From positions 1-37,017 of the forward strand of contig CAZRXJ010000001.1 in the NCBI GenBank assembly GCA_964604025.1: a stretch of DNA of 37,017 bases, given 5' to 3'. This DNA is from an uncultured Saprospiraceae bacterium (GTDB taxonomy: Bacteria; Bacteroidota; Bacteroidia; Chitinophagales; Saprospiraceae). The position numbers and the translations under genes were made by a program. This document shows positions 1-8,486 of the stretch, piece by piece. Every line of letters starts with the position of its first letter. Position 1 is the stretch's first letter. The notes beneath the pieces were generated by a model. That model was not told the origin of the DNA. It searched no databases and saw nothing but the letters and a program-made list of their open reading frames with translations.

Positions 1-790
1 CATTGTGTACTTTTTGATATCCCAAGAAAGATATATTCTCGACCTGCAATTCTCTTATGAAACCCTCAAGTCCTTCCATATATGCTTTTTGGCTTTCTAA
101 TACTGGACCAACAATATCAATTTCAATATTTTCTTCTACAAGCAATGACGCCGCTTTAATCAGGAGTTCGATTCCTTTATGAATATTGATATAACCTATT
201 ATCAACATTCTAATTGGTTTTTCTCGTCTTCTGTTAATAGGTTGAATCTGTTGTCGATCAACAGGAGCAACTAGTATAGAAGAATACGTCTTATTAGCTA
301 TTCTTGTGTTCAGTCTTTGATAGTATTTTTTTGTCCTTTCTGAGGCATATATATAACCTGTAGGCAACCATGAGGTCATTCTAAATAATCTTTCGACAAA
401 TACTGGTTGATAAGTATCATTCATATGCCACACGGATCTAACCCCTGTTATCCAAGAAGCTATCACCCCTTTTATCTGCCAAGACCCATTACAATGTATA
501 AGATCTGGTTTTTCATCAATAATCAATCTTATAAGACCGACTATCTCTGGGATAAAAAAAATAAAATACATAATAGCTCCAGCGAAATTTTTTGTCATTG
601 GATGCATACGCAATTCTCTATATTCTAATTTTAAATCACGCAAAGACTCTATATACTTTCTTGAATTCTTGGGAACAATAATAACTGTATCTATTTTTCC
701 CTTTAGTTCGTTCGATATTATTCTAATTCTTCCTAAGGCCCCTCCTCCTCTACCTTCTTCACTTATGTTAAGCACCTTATACATAACCAT
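1..790 (-). CDS. Glycosyltransferase, GT4/group-1 family (N-terminal ~263 codons; 3' end lies beyond the window start)
   Basis: Absent from the ORF track because it has no stop inside the window. My hand translation of the minus strand from ATG 790 (alternatives ATG 784, GTG 775) stayed open through every segment I translated (down to about position 361; 1-360 read only roughly). It reads MVMYKVLNISEEGRGGGALGRIRIISNELKGKIDTVIIVPKNS...EKPDLIHCNGSWQIKGVIASW... The Gly-rich N-terminus and DLIHxN segment are typical of the GT4 N-terminal Rossmann half. It overlaps the upstream sulfotransferase stop by up to 14 nt. Confidence 0.7.
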   Translation of the reverse strand, partial: MVMYKVLNISEEGRGGGALGRIRIISNELKGKIDTVIIVPKNSRKYIESLRDLKLEYRELRMHPMTKNFAGAIMYFIFFIPEIVGLIRLIIDEKPDLIHCNGSWQIKGVIASWITGVRSVWHMNDTYQPVFVERLFRMTSWLPTGYIYASERTKKYYQRLNTRIANKTYSSILVAPVDRQQIQPINRRREKPIRMLIIGYINIHKGIELLIKAASLLVEENIEIDIVGPVLESQKAYMEGLEGFIRELQVENISFLGYQKVHN

Positions 791-1541
791 ATTTGTCTAA
801 GGCCGTCTTATAATAGTTATTACATAACTGCTTCGATTCGTCGTTAAAATAATTTATCCAATCTCCAGCAACTCCTTTTCTCAAAAATGAATCAGCTCGT
901 TCCTCACCTCTTGATCTTCCTGTTTGATTTTCAAAACTGTATTTTTTTACAACATCTTCTATATTTTTTGTAGGCTCTATACTATACCAGTTCAATATTT
1001 TTTCTATTTCTCCTTTTGCATCTTTCAATAAGTCTTCATATCGTACAAGAATTAGATTTTTCGTGTTTTGATCATAACTGGTGACATGTTCTCCCCAATT
1101 GACGACTCTTCCTCCCACTCGATAGGAATTGTGAAATGTTTTTATAAACAAAGGCATCGTTTCTAGCACATTATCAAAGTCAACTTCACCTAGTTTTTTT
1201 CTCCATTGTCTTACCAAATTCGCGTGCTTCTTTTCTCCACTCATTAAAAAATGAAAATAAGCTGATGTTATAACATCTCTTCCATCTCTTATAAGCACCA
1301 CTGTTTTATACTTTGTTGGGCCCAGGTGATGTGCGTGTTGTACAGATTTTTTAAGTGACAATGAAGTGTTTCTATGAAAAGGAAGGTCCATCGCATTTGA
1401 TAGCATTTGACAGAGCCACGTACCTCCTGATTTGGGAAATTCTGCTACTCTGACATTATTGACTATAGGTTGTAAATATTGCCATATAACATATCTCTGT
1501 AACGAATGAATCTTTATAAGTAACTCTGACCTTGTCTCCAT
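777..1541 (-). CDS. PAPS-dependent sulfotransferase (Sulfotransfer_1-like fold)
   Basis: 5'-PSB loop FPKSGGTWLCQML, 3'-PB segment LIRDGRDVITSAYFH and the C-terminal RKGVAGDWINYF motif (the RKGxxGDWKxxF signature of cytosolic-type sulfotransferases) are all present in the 254-aa ORF. It is tightly packed between two glycosyltransferase genes. Confidence 0.85.
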   Translation of the reverse strand: METRSELLIKIHSLQRYVIWQYLQPIVNNVRVAEFPKSGGTWLCQMLSNAMDLPFHRNTSLSLKKSVQHAHHLGPTKYKTVVLIRDGRDVITSAYFHFLMSGEKKHANLVRQWRKKLGEVDFDNVLETMPLFIKTFHNSYRVGGRVVNWGEHVTSYDQNTKNLILVRYEDLLKDAKGEIEKILNWYSIEPTKNIEDVVKKYSFENQTGRSRGEERADSFLRKGVAGDWINYFNDESKQLCNNYYKTALDKYGYV

Positions 1542-1545
1542 CGAT

Positions 1546-2313
1546 CTATTTGGGTGTAGATATCATCTTTCTACTAAAGTTCAAGACATCATATATAAGT
1601 TGAGGTGTATAAGCGATCAGTTTGTTTCTTTTTATAAGGTGATCTAATTTGACTTTTATATTATTCTTGGCATGACGCCACTTGAATTGTTTTTTCAAAG
1701 TGTAGTATAGAAGAGGTTCTTGAAGATTGTGGAATTTTACTTTGTCATATATCCGATACCAAAGATCTGCATCTTCAGCCCATGTAACATCGGGGTCATA
1801 ATATCCAAAATCCGTATATACCTTTTTCTTTATCATTATTGTTGGATGAAAGACTAGTGGTTTCTTAAACACTGATGCAACTATATCTTGATGCAATTCT
1901 GCCAAAGATCTCTGCTCTCCAACTTTCAAGTCTGCTGTCCGATTATAAATTGCCGTGCCAAGAACATCTATTTTTTCGTTTTCTCTAAGAAAGTTTATTT
2001 GCTTTTCTAACCTATCATGAATCGACTCATCGTCAGCATCCATTCTCGCGATATATTTGCTTCTGGCTCTTTCAATTGCTTTGTTTAAAGATGCGGCAAG
2101 TCCAATGTTGAGATCATTTTCAATAATGACAATTCTGTCATCTTTTCTCTCGTACTGCTTAAGTATCGCCAATGTATCATCTGCGCTTCCGTCATCAACA
2201 ATTATAAATTCAAAATTGCTGAAAGTCTGACAGAGCATACTATCAATTGCACGAACTACTGTGCCAGAAGCATTATAACAAGACATGACAATAGACACAC
2301 CTGATTCATTCAT
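1546..2313 (-). CDS. Glycosyltransferase family 2
   Basis: The N-terminus VSIVMSCYNASGTVVRAIDSMLCQTFSNFEFIIVDDGSADDT and the ARMDADDES (DxD) motif are classic for the GT2 GT-A fold. There is a 4-nt gap to the sulfotransferase and an 8-nt overlap with the upstream Wzy-like gene. Confidence 0.9.
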   Translation of the reverse strand: MNESGVSIVMSCYNASGTVVRAIDSMLCQTFSNFEFIIVDDGSADDTLAILKQYERKDDRIVIIENDLNIGLAASLNKAIERARSKYIARMDADDESIHDRLEKQINFLRENEKIDVLGTAIYNRTADLKVGEQRSLAELHQDIVASVFKKPLVFHPTIMIKKKVYTDFGYYDPDVTWAEDADLWYRIYDKVKFHNLQEPLLYYTLKKQFKWRHAKNNIKVKLDHLIKRNKLIAYTPQLIYDVLNFSRKMISTPK

Positions 2314-3553
2314 AGTCTATGTGTTTCTTCTGATATAATAATTGCGCTACAATGCCAGACGACAAACCAAAAAATATCCAATAATTAATTGAAAAAATAG
2401 AATCTTCGCTGATTCCAAAAAAAGTCATAAAGCAAAAGTAGAAGAGGAGGCATTTCTGAAAAGAAGACATCAGTGGTTGCAATGCATAAGCATACCAGAC
2501 CAACCTAAGTTGTATCAAGATGTGCAACCCTCCAAACAAAAGTCCCAAGCTACCAAATAGATGTACCAAGTCTGATTCTGGTGCCAGTGGAATATAATCC
2601 AATACTGCACTAACATCAAAAAAAGAAGCATAGAGCTGTCTGTGAAAAAGTTCTGTATAAACGGGGTATCCTCCTAGTCCCACACCAAATGGAAATTCAA
2701 ATACAATGTTGTATGCATTTAAAAAAGAATAAAAACGTGTGTCGTATATAAGATCATTAAGATTAGGAAGTAACCAACCAAAGACGCCAACTAAGCCACA
2801 TATCGTCACAAGCAAAAAGTACTTTGGTTTTCTGATCGTAAAAATCAAGATAGCTCCGATCATGCCTATAATCAGACTTCTGATACCGAAGCCTGTTATG
2901 ATAGCTAGAGCAATTATCAATATCCGCTTTGGCCAACTCTTCAGCACAAAGCAAGAATAACTAATTAAAAATCCCAATAGATAGCCATAGCGCTGTTTGA
3001 CGATACCGTAGTCATCTAAAGATTGTACGAAGACTTCATTGTACTCAGAGAGATAGTAAGACCAAGAGTTATATCCTAAGATCATTGTTGCACTAAAGAT
3101 CATGAGCAATATAAGCGGCCAAAATAAAAGCGACATGGCTTTTTTAAATCGATCTACGAAGTCCACAGAGACTTTTTGAACAAATAGATGTAAGACTAAA
3201 GAGATCAATAAGAAGAGCTCTTGATAGACCAACCATGCTGTATTTCCGTAAGGGGATATAACACCATTAACAAAGTAAATCAACATGATCACATAGATCG
3301 GCCAAGCGCTCTTCCATCTGGCTTCTAACTTAAAAACTTTTGTGAGCAGGATAAGACCTAAAAAAGCAACTCCCATATAATTGTTGAAGTTTAAGGCACC
3401 ACCGCCTAGATTATCAACTCCTACTTCAAAGCCCAACGCTTGAGACAAATAATAGTTAAGGTTTGTGAGTCTTAACAGACCTATTATCACAAAGATATTG
3501 ATGATACCAATCCTAAAAATTCTATTTGGCTCGTATGTCGCTATGTTCTTCAA
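2306..3553 (-). CDS. O-antigen polymerase/ligase-like (Wzy-type) polytopic membrane protein
   Basis: A 415-aa protein made almost entirely of hydrophobic segments (10 or more predicted TM spans) with one larger loop. It is the first gene of a GT2/sulfotransferase/GT4 string and is translationally coupled to the GT2 gene. The assignment rests on context and architecture, not on a sharp motif. Confidence 0.55.
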   Translation of the reverse strand: MKNIATYEPNRIFRIGIINIFVIIGLLRLTNLNYYLSQALGFEVGVDNLGGGALNFNNYMGVAFLGLILLTKVFKLEARWKSAWPIYVIMLIYFVNGVISPYGNTAWLVYQELFLLISLVLHLFVQKVSVDFVDRFKKAMSLLFWPLILLMIFSATMILGYNSWSYYLSEYNEVFVQSLDDYGIVKQRYGYLLGFLISYSCFVLKSWPKRILIIALAIITGFGIRSLIIGMIGAILIFTIRKPKYFLLVTICGLVGVFGWLLPNLNDLIYDTRFYSFLNAYNIVFEFPFGVGLGGYPVYTELFHRQLYASFFDVSAVLDYIPLAPESDLVHLFGSLGLLFGGLHILIQLRLVWYAYALQPLMSSFQKCLLFYFCFMTFFGISEDSIFSINYWIFFGLSSGIVAQLLYQKKHIDYE

Positions 3554-3630
3554 GAGAGAATGTTACCTCTGTGCAATGCGAAGATAAGATTGTCTGAATA
3601 TTGTATCGATAATTCGTAATATCGCATCCA

Positions 3631-5448
3631 ATGGCATATGTAGTATCCGCACGAAAGTATAGACCGCAGCTCTTTGAAGATGTTGTCGGTCAAGAGCATG
3701 TGACTTCTACCATTAAGAATGCCTTGCTTAATGACAAATTAGCTCATGCTTTTTTGTTTTGTGGACCAAGAGGGGTTGGCAAGACAACTTGTGCTCGGCT
3801 TTTGGCAAAGGTGATCAACATGCCTGATCCAAAACAAGCAATTCAAGATGGAAGTTATGCTGATAGTGATATAGATATCTCTCTAAACATTGTCGAATTA
3901 GACGCAGCATCTAATAATTCTGTAGAGAACATTAGGACACTCATAGAGCAGGTGCGATTTCAACCACAGCAAGGGCAATATAAGGTCTTCATTATAGATG
4001 AGGTTCATATGCTCTCTCAGGCAGCTTTCAATGCTTTTTTAAAGACCTTAGAAGAGCCGCCACCATATGCCATATTTATCTTGGCTACTACAGAGCGTCA
4101 TAAGATCTTACCCACTATTCTGAGTCGTTGTCAACTATATGATTTTAGAAGGATTCAGATCCAAGATATCATCGTTCAATTAGAGGCCATAGCTGCTAAA
4201 GAAGGTGTTGAAACAGAGCATGACGCTCTATATGTCATAGCAGAAAAGGCAGATGGCGCTATGAGAGATGCACTTTCGATATTTGATCGCATAGCCAGTG
4301 CGAGTGCCAGTAAGATTACACTTCAGAGTGTTGTAGACAATCTCAATATTCTTGATTTTGACTACTTTTTTGATGCCACTGAAAAGATATTAGAAGAAGA
4401 TGCTACTGGTGTCTTACTTCTTATAGACCAAGTATTAAAAAATGGTTTTGAAGGAGATACATTTATGAATGGCCTTGCACAGCATATGCGTTATCTCATG
4501 TACGCCAAGCAAGAACCAACACAAAAGATGCTTCAGATGAGTGAAGATCTTAAGAAGAGGTATATGAGTCAATCTAATACTATCTCTTATAACACGATCA
4601 TCACAGCACTAAATCTTGCTAATCAGGCCGATTTAGATTATCCCAAAGCGAAAGACAAAAGACTTCATGTAGAAGTTGCGCTACTCAAGATCTGCTTTGC
4701 CAGTCGAAAATCTCTACCTCAGATCCAAGGAGAAGTAGCTACAAGTCCTCAAAAAAAAACTAGTGCCCCAATCGCTACAAGAACCCAAGTTGTAGCTGAT
4801 AACAAGAATGATGCGCAACAGTTAGAGGCCCATCAAGACATAAACAAAGAAGAGATCGCTTCCGCAAATGATATGACTCTGGACATTTCTGCTGAACAAA
4901 GTAAGGCTACTCAAGAAATAAAAAAAAGTACACAAGTTACAGAGTCAATCAAAGAAGAAAAACCAAATAGCGCTTCAACTTCCAGCGCTATACTCAATAC
5001 ACCCAGCATCTCTTCTATAGAAGACATTCTTAAAGAGGCAGAAGCAGAAGTGGCGGTTAACAAAGATGTTAAGAAAGAGGTTAATATAGAAGAGGTCGAT
5101 GACATATGGAACTCTTATGTTTCAACTATTGAGTCTGCCACCACATCGGGCATACTCAATACTGTAATTAGAAAGGTCTTAGACGGTAAGATTCTAATTA
5201 CGGTACCATCCAATATTGCAAAAGAAGAAATCCAACAAGAGGCAACTTTATATGCTAACTTAAGAGATCATTTTAATCAAACTGATCTTGCCATTAACAT
5301 AGAAGTAGATCGCGAACAGTTTCCTGGTATGGCCGAAGCTAATACAACAAAGCTTGTAACACCAAAAGAAAAATATGATCATTTGAAAGCTATCAATCCG
5401 TTAGTTGATGATTTAATTGAAAAATTAGACTTGAAATTAGATGAGTAG
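3631..5448 (+). CDS. dnaX: DNA polymerase III subunit gamma/tau
   Basis: ARKYRPQLFEDVVGQEHV, Walker A GPRGVGKTT, Walker B IIDEVHMLS, sensor LSRCQ, followed by a long low-complexity acidic/Ser-Thr C-terminal (tau-specific) part. Contains an A9 run at 4751-4759 (see findings). Confidence 0.95.
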   Translation: MAYVVSARKYRPQLFEDVVGQEHVTSTIKNALLNDKLAHAFLFCGPRGVGKTTCARLLAKVINMPDPKQAIQDGSYADSDIDISLNIVELDAASNNSVENIRTLIEQVRFQPQQGQYKVFIIDEVHMLSQAAFNAFLKTLEEPPPYAIFILATTERHKILPTILSRCQLYDFRRIQIQDIIVQLEAIAAKEGVETEHDALYVIAEKADGAMRDALSIFDRIASASASKITLQSVVDNLNILDFDYFFDATEKILEEDATGVLLLIDQVLKNGFEGDTFMNGLAQHMRYLMYAKQEPTQKMLQMSEDLKKRYMSQSNTISYNTIITALNLANQADLDYPKAKDKRLHVEVALLKICFASRKSLPQIQGEVATSPQKKTSAPIATRTQVVADNKNDAQQLEAHQDINKEEIASANDMTLDISAEQSKATQEIKKSTQVTESIKEEKPNSASTSSAILNTPSISSIEDILKEAEAEVAVNKDVKKEVNIEEVDDIWNSYVSTIESATTSGILNTVIRKVLDGKILITVPSNIAKEEIQQEATLYANLRDHFNQTDLAINIEVDREQFPGMAEANTTKLVTPKEKYDHLKAINPLVDDLIEKLDLKLDE

Positions 5449-5473
5449 TTATTCTAAAAACAAAATGTAAGAT

Positions 5474-6025
5474 ATGGCACTTGTAGAATCAACAATGCTT
5501 CCATTAGGAACCAAGGCACCTAACTTCCACATTAAAGACGTAGTCTCTAACAACTATTATAGTTTTGATGATCTCAAATCAGAGAAAGCAACCGTCATTA
5601 TGTTCATTTGCAATCATTGTCCATTTGTTATTCATGTTAATCCTGAGATTGTAAAAATCGCTAATGAATACAAAAGCAAAGGCGTTTCTTTCGTTGCCAT
5701 CAGTTCTAATGATGTAGATAATTATCCAGAAGATGCTCCTGATAAGATGAGCATTGTCGCCAAGGTGTTAAGATTTCCATTTCCATACCTCTATGACAAA
5801 TATCAAGAAGTGGCAAAAGCATATGATGCTGCGTGTACTCCTGACTTTTATGTCTTCGATGGTTTAGGTGAATTGACGTATAGAGGCAGGTTAGATCAAT
5901 CACGACCTGGGAATGGTATTCCGTTATCTGGGGAAGATTTAAGACAAGCTATAGATGCCACAATTAACAAACAGTCCATAGAGAATCAATACCCCAGTGC
6001 TGGATGTAATATAAAATGGAAATAA
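5474..6025 (+). CDS. Thioredoxin-fold thiol-disulfide oxidoreductase (AhpC/TSA / PRX-like family)
   Basis: A 183-aa ORF with a CNHCPF (CxxC) motif in the position expected after beta-1 of a thioredoxin fold, and a conserved C-terminal PSAGCNIKW. There is no signal peptide. Confidence 0.75.
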   Translation: MALVESTMLPLGTKAPNFHIKDVVSNNYYSFDDLKSEKATVIMFICNHCPFVIHVNPEIVKIANEYKSKGVSFVAISSNDVDNYPEDAPDKMSIVAKVLRFPFPYLYDKYQEVAKAYDAACTPDFYVFDGLGELTYRGRLDQSRPGNGIPLSGEDLRQAIDATINKQSIENQYPSAGCNIKWK

Positions 6026-6086
6026 TACTTCCGCTTTTATCTTTAGATTTTAGATATCTTAATGCTATTTCTAAATTTAGGACTTT

Positions 6087-8300
6087 ATGCGCCATCCCGT
6101 TTTCTATATATTACTTATAGCATCATTGTTATTCAGCTGCTCGACACAACAGAACATTTCCTCTGTCCAAGAGCCCCTCAGTGTCAGCAAGACTGTTATA
6201 CTGAAGCCCAATCCGTCATATGATCTTACCAAGACAGATGTAGTCACAAACAAGAACACTGATGCTTCTATGATGAACAACAAGACATCAGTTAACACTG
6301 AAATATTATGGGACAAGTGGGGCGTCCCTCATATATATGCACGCAATAATGAGGAATTATTTTATGCCTTTGGATGGTCTCAAATGCATAGTCATGCGAA
6401 CACTATATTGAAGCTATATGCCAAATCCAGAGGAAGAGCCGCAGAATACTGGGGAACAGAATATTTGGAAAATGACATGCTAATACATACACTCAACTTT
6501 CCCAAAATCGCTAACCAATGGTACGATCAACAATCTGAAGAATTCAAGGCATACATAAGTCAATTCGCAAAAGGAATGAATGATTATGTTTCTAAACATC
6601 CAGAAACTGTAAAAGAAAAATATAATGTTGTGCTTCCTATTCAAAAAGAAGACATTCTAAAGCATGCCCTCTTCGTATTGTATGGTCGCTTTATCGGAGG
6701 TGGCGATCTTCAAGCTGTGCCAAGATGGGAAGAAAGAGGTTCTAATACTTATGCCATTGGACCCAGTAGAAGTGCAAGTGGAAAAGCAATGCTCGTGATG
6801 AATCCTCACCTGCCATGGTTTGAAGAATGGCTTTTCTATGAAGGCCATTTCAATGCCCCTGGCATCCATACGTATGGTGCGACGTTAATAGGTTTGCCTA
6901 CACTTGGCATTGCGTTCAACGAACACCTTGGATGGAGTCATACCAATAACACAATTGATAACTCTGATCTATATGAGATAACCCTTAAAGACAATGGTTA
7001 TGTAGTTGATGGAACGGTCCGACCGCTTGAGATAAGTAAGATGTCAATCAAGGTAAAAGGAGAAGATGGTCTTATAACAGTGAAAGACTTGATGCGATAT
7101 GTATCTCCAGATCATGGGCCTATATTAAAAAAATCTGGTGACAAAGCAATAACCATTAAGATGCCGGGTTTTGATCGTCCTTACGGCATGTTACAATGGT
7201 GGAAAATGTCGACAGCCAAGAATTTTTCAGAATTTAAGACAGCACTGAAAGAAGTACAGATTGGATTTTTTAACATCATGTATGCCGATGTTGAAGGCAA
7301 TATATTTTACATGTTTAATGGTCAAGTTCCTAAAAGAAAAATGGGCGATTGGGATTTCTGGCAAGGAACTATTGATGGTTCTAAATCAGAACATCTTTGG
7401 TCTGAAGTCCACTCATATGAGGACCTGCCAAAAACAGAAAATCCTCCATCAGGATATCTACAGAATGCCAATGATCCACCTTGGACATCTACTTTCCCTA
7501 ATACGCTAAAACCAAGTGATTACCCTCCATATATGTCACCCGTTGAGATGGGTTTTAGGCCTCAACGTGCTACGCGTATGATGGAAGAAGATCAATCTAT
7601 TACGTTTGATGAATTGTTGACTTATAAGACCTCAACAAGAATTGAAATGGCGGATAGATTACTTGATGATCTCAATAATGCTGTTGATGCACATGGAAGC
7701 GATAAGAGCCGCGAAGCGATGGTCGTGCTCAATGCTTGGGATCGAGAAGCAAATAGTGATAGTAAAGGAATGGCCATTTTTTATGCTTGGGCGCATACAC
7801 TTGGTCCTTGGAATACAAAAATATATAAACAACCTTGGAGTCTTGAAGATGCTTGGAATACTCCAGATGGTTTATCTAATCCACAATTGGCTGTTGCAGC
7901 ATTAGATGGGGTTGTCGATAAATTCAAAGCTGCAGGTGTACCTCTTGATATTCCTTGGGGACAACAGTATAGAATAAAGTATGGCCCCAAGGATCTACCT
8001 GGCAATGGAGCAGATGGATCGGTCGGAATCTTTAGAGTAGCATGGTCGCAAGGATTAGAAGATGATGGAAAATACTATATCGCTGGCGGCGATACGTGGC
8101 AAAGTGTTATAGAATTTGGCGATCGAATCAAGGCGAAGGTTTTGATGAGTTATGGCAACAGCACACAAGAAGGATCTCCTAATTATGGGGATCAATTAGA
8201 ATTGTTTTCTAAAAAAGAAATGAGAGATTGCCTTTTTTATAGAGAAGATGTACTTGAAAATGTTGACAAAAAAGAAGTCCTTATTAACGGCTCTTTCTAA
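6087..8300 (+). CDS. Ntn-hydrolase acylase, penicillin acylase / acyl-homoserine-lactone acylase (peptidase S45) family; lipoprotein
   Basis: Lipobox LLFSC at the N-terminus. The alpha-subunit segment ILWDKWGVPHIYARNNEELFYAFGWSQMHSHANTILKLY resembles PvdQ/QuiP-type acylases. The autoprocessing site G|SNTYAIGPSRSASGKAMLVMNPHLPW carries the nucleophilic Ser. Confidence 0.85.
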   Translation: MRHPVFYILLIASLLFSCSTQQNISSVQEPLSVSKTVILKPNPSYDLTKTDVVTNKNTDASMMNNKTSVNTEILWDKWGVPHIYARNNEELFYAFGWSQMHSHANTILKLYAKSRGRAAEYWGTEYLENDMLIHTLNFPKIANQWYDQQSEEFKAYISQFAKGMNDYVSKHPETVKEKYNVVLPIQKEDILKHALFVLYGRFIGGGDLQAVPRWEERGSNTYAIGPSRSASGKAMLVMNPHLPWFEEWLFYEGHFNAPGIHTYGATLIGLPTLGIAFNEHLGWSHTNNTIDNSDLYEITLKDNGYVVDGTVRPLEISKMSIKVKGEDGLITVKDLMRYVSPDHGPILKKSGDKAITIKMPGFDRPYGMLQWWKMSTAKNFSEFKTALKEVQIGFFNIMYADVEGNIFYMFNGQVPKRKMGDWDFWQGTIDGSKSEHLWSEVHSYEDLPKTENPPSGYLQNANDPPWTSTFPNTLKPSDYPPYMSPVEMGFRPQRATRMMEEDQSITFDELLTYKTSTRIEMADRLLDDLNNAVDAHGSDKSREAMVVLNAWDREANSDSKGMAIFYAWAHTLGPWNTKIYKQPWSLEDAWNTPDGLSNPQLAVAALDGVVDKFKAAGVPLDIPWGQQYRIKYGPKDLPGNGADGSVGIFRVAWSQGLEDDGKYYIAGGDTWQSVIEFGDRIKAKVLMSYGNSTQEGSPNYGDQLELFSKKEMRDCLFYREDVLENVDKKEVLINGSF

Positions 8301-8486
8301 TTAGTAAAAATAGGTGTTTATGTAATCAAATATTACTACTCTGTTTTTTATAAAGTACACCGTCAGAGCAATTAGAAAAATGTATACTATGCGTTTGATG
8401 TTTTTTGAGATCTTTTTTGATCGTTCTCTACGATTACTATAACGCCTGCGACTGGAGTAAGACATATTTTTATAATTAATCGTCAT
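8301..8486 (-). CDS. Hypothetical small membrane protein (61 aa; or 54 aa from ATG 8465)
   Basis: An Arg/Lys-rich N-terminus (SSRRRYSNRRERSKKISKNIKR) is followed by one hydrophobic helix (IVYIFLIALTVYFI). It overlaps the ribA stop by 11 nt and abuts the convergent acylase stop with a 0-nt gap. It could equally be a chance ORF in an AT-rich convergent intergenic region. Confidence 0.25.
   Translation of the reverse strand: MTINYKNMSYSSRRRYSNRRERSKKISKNIKRIVYIFLIALTVYFIKNRVVIFDYINTYFY

Noticed and set aside
407-628. A + strand 73-aa ORF. The same class includes 2739-2960, 11235-11555, 12400-14291, 15397-16567, 26813-27917, 29424-29936, 31963-33931, 34594-35191 and 36740-36937.
   Set aside because: Every one lies fully inside, and antisense to or out of frame with, a longer ORF that carries clear family motifs. 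The compositions are odd (Cys/His/Ile-rich). I judge them non-coding.
4920-4927. A second A-run (A8) in dnaX as another recoding site
   Set aside because: It lies well inside the tau-specific low-complexity region. The -1 frame runs 14 more codons before a stop, and I saw no flanking structure. A8 runs also occur in other genes of this window (for example near 551, 34861 and 35575), so this one is most simply chance.
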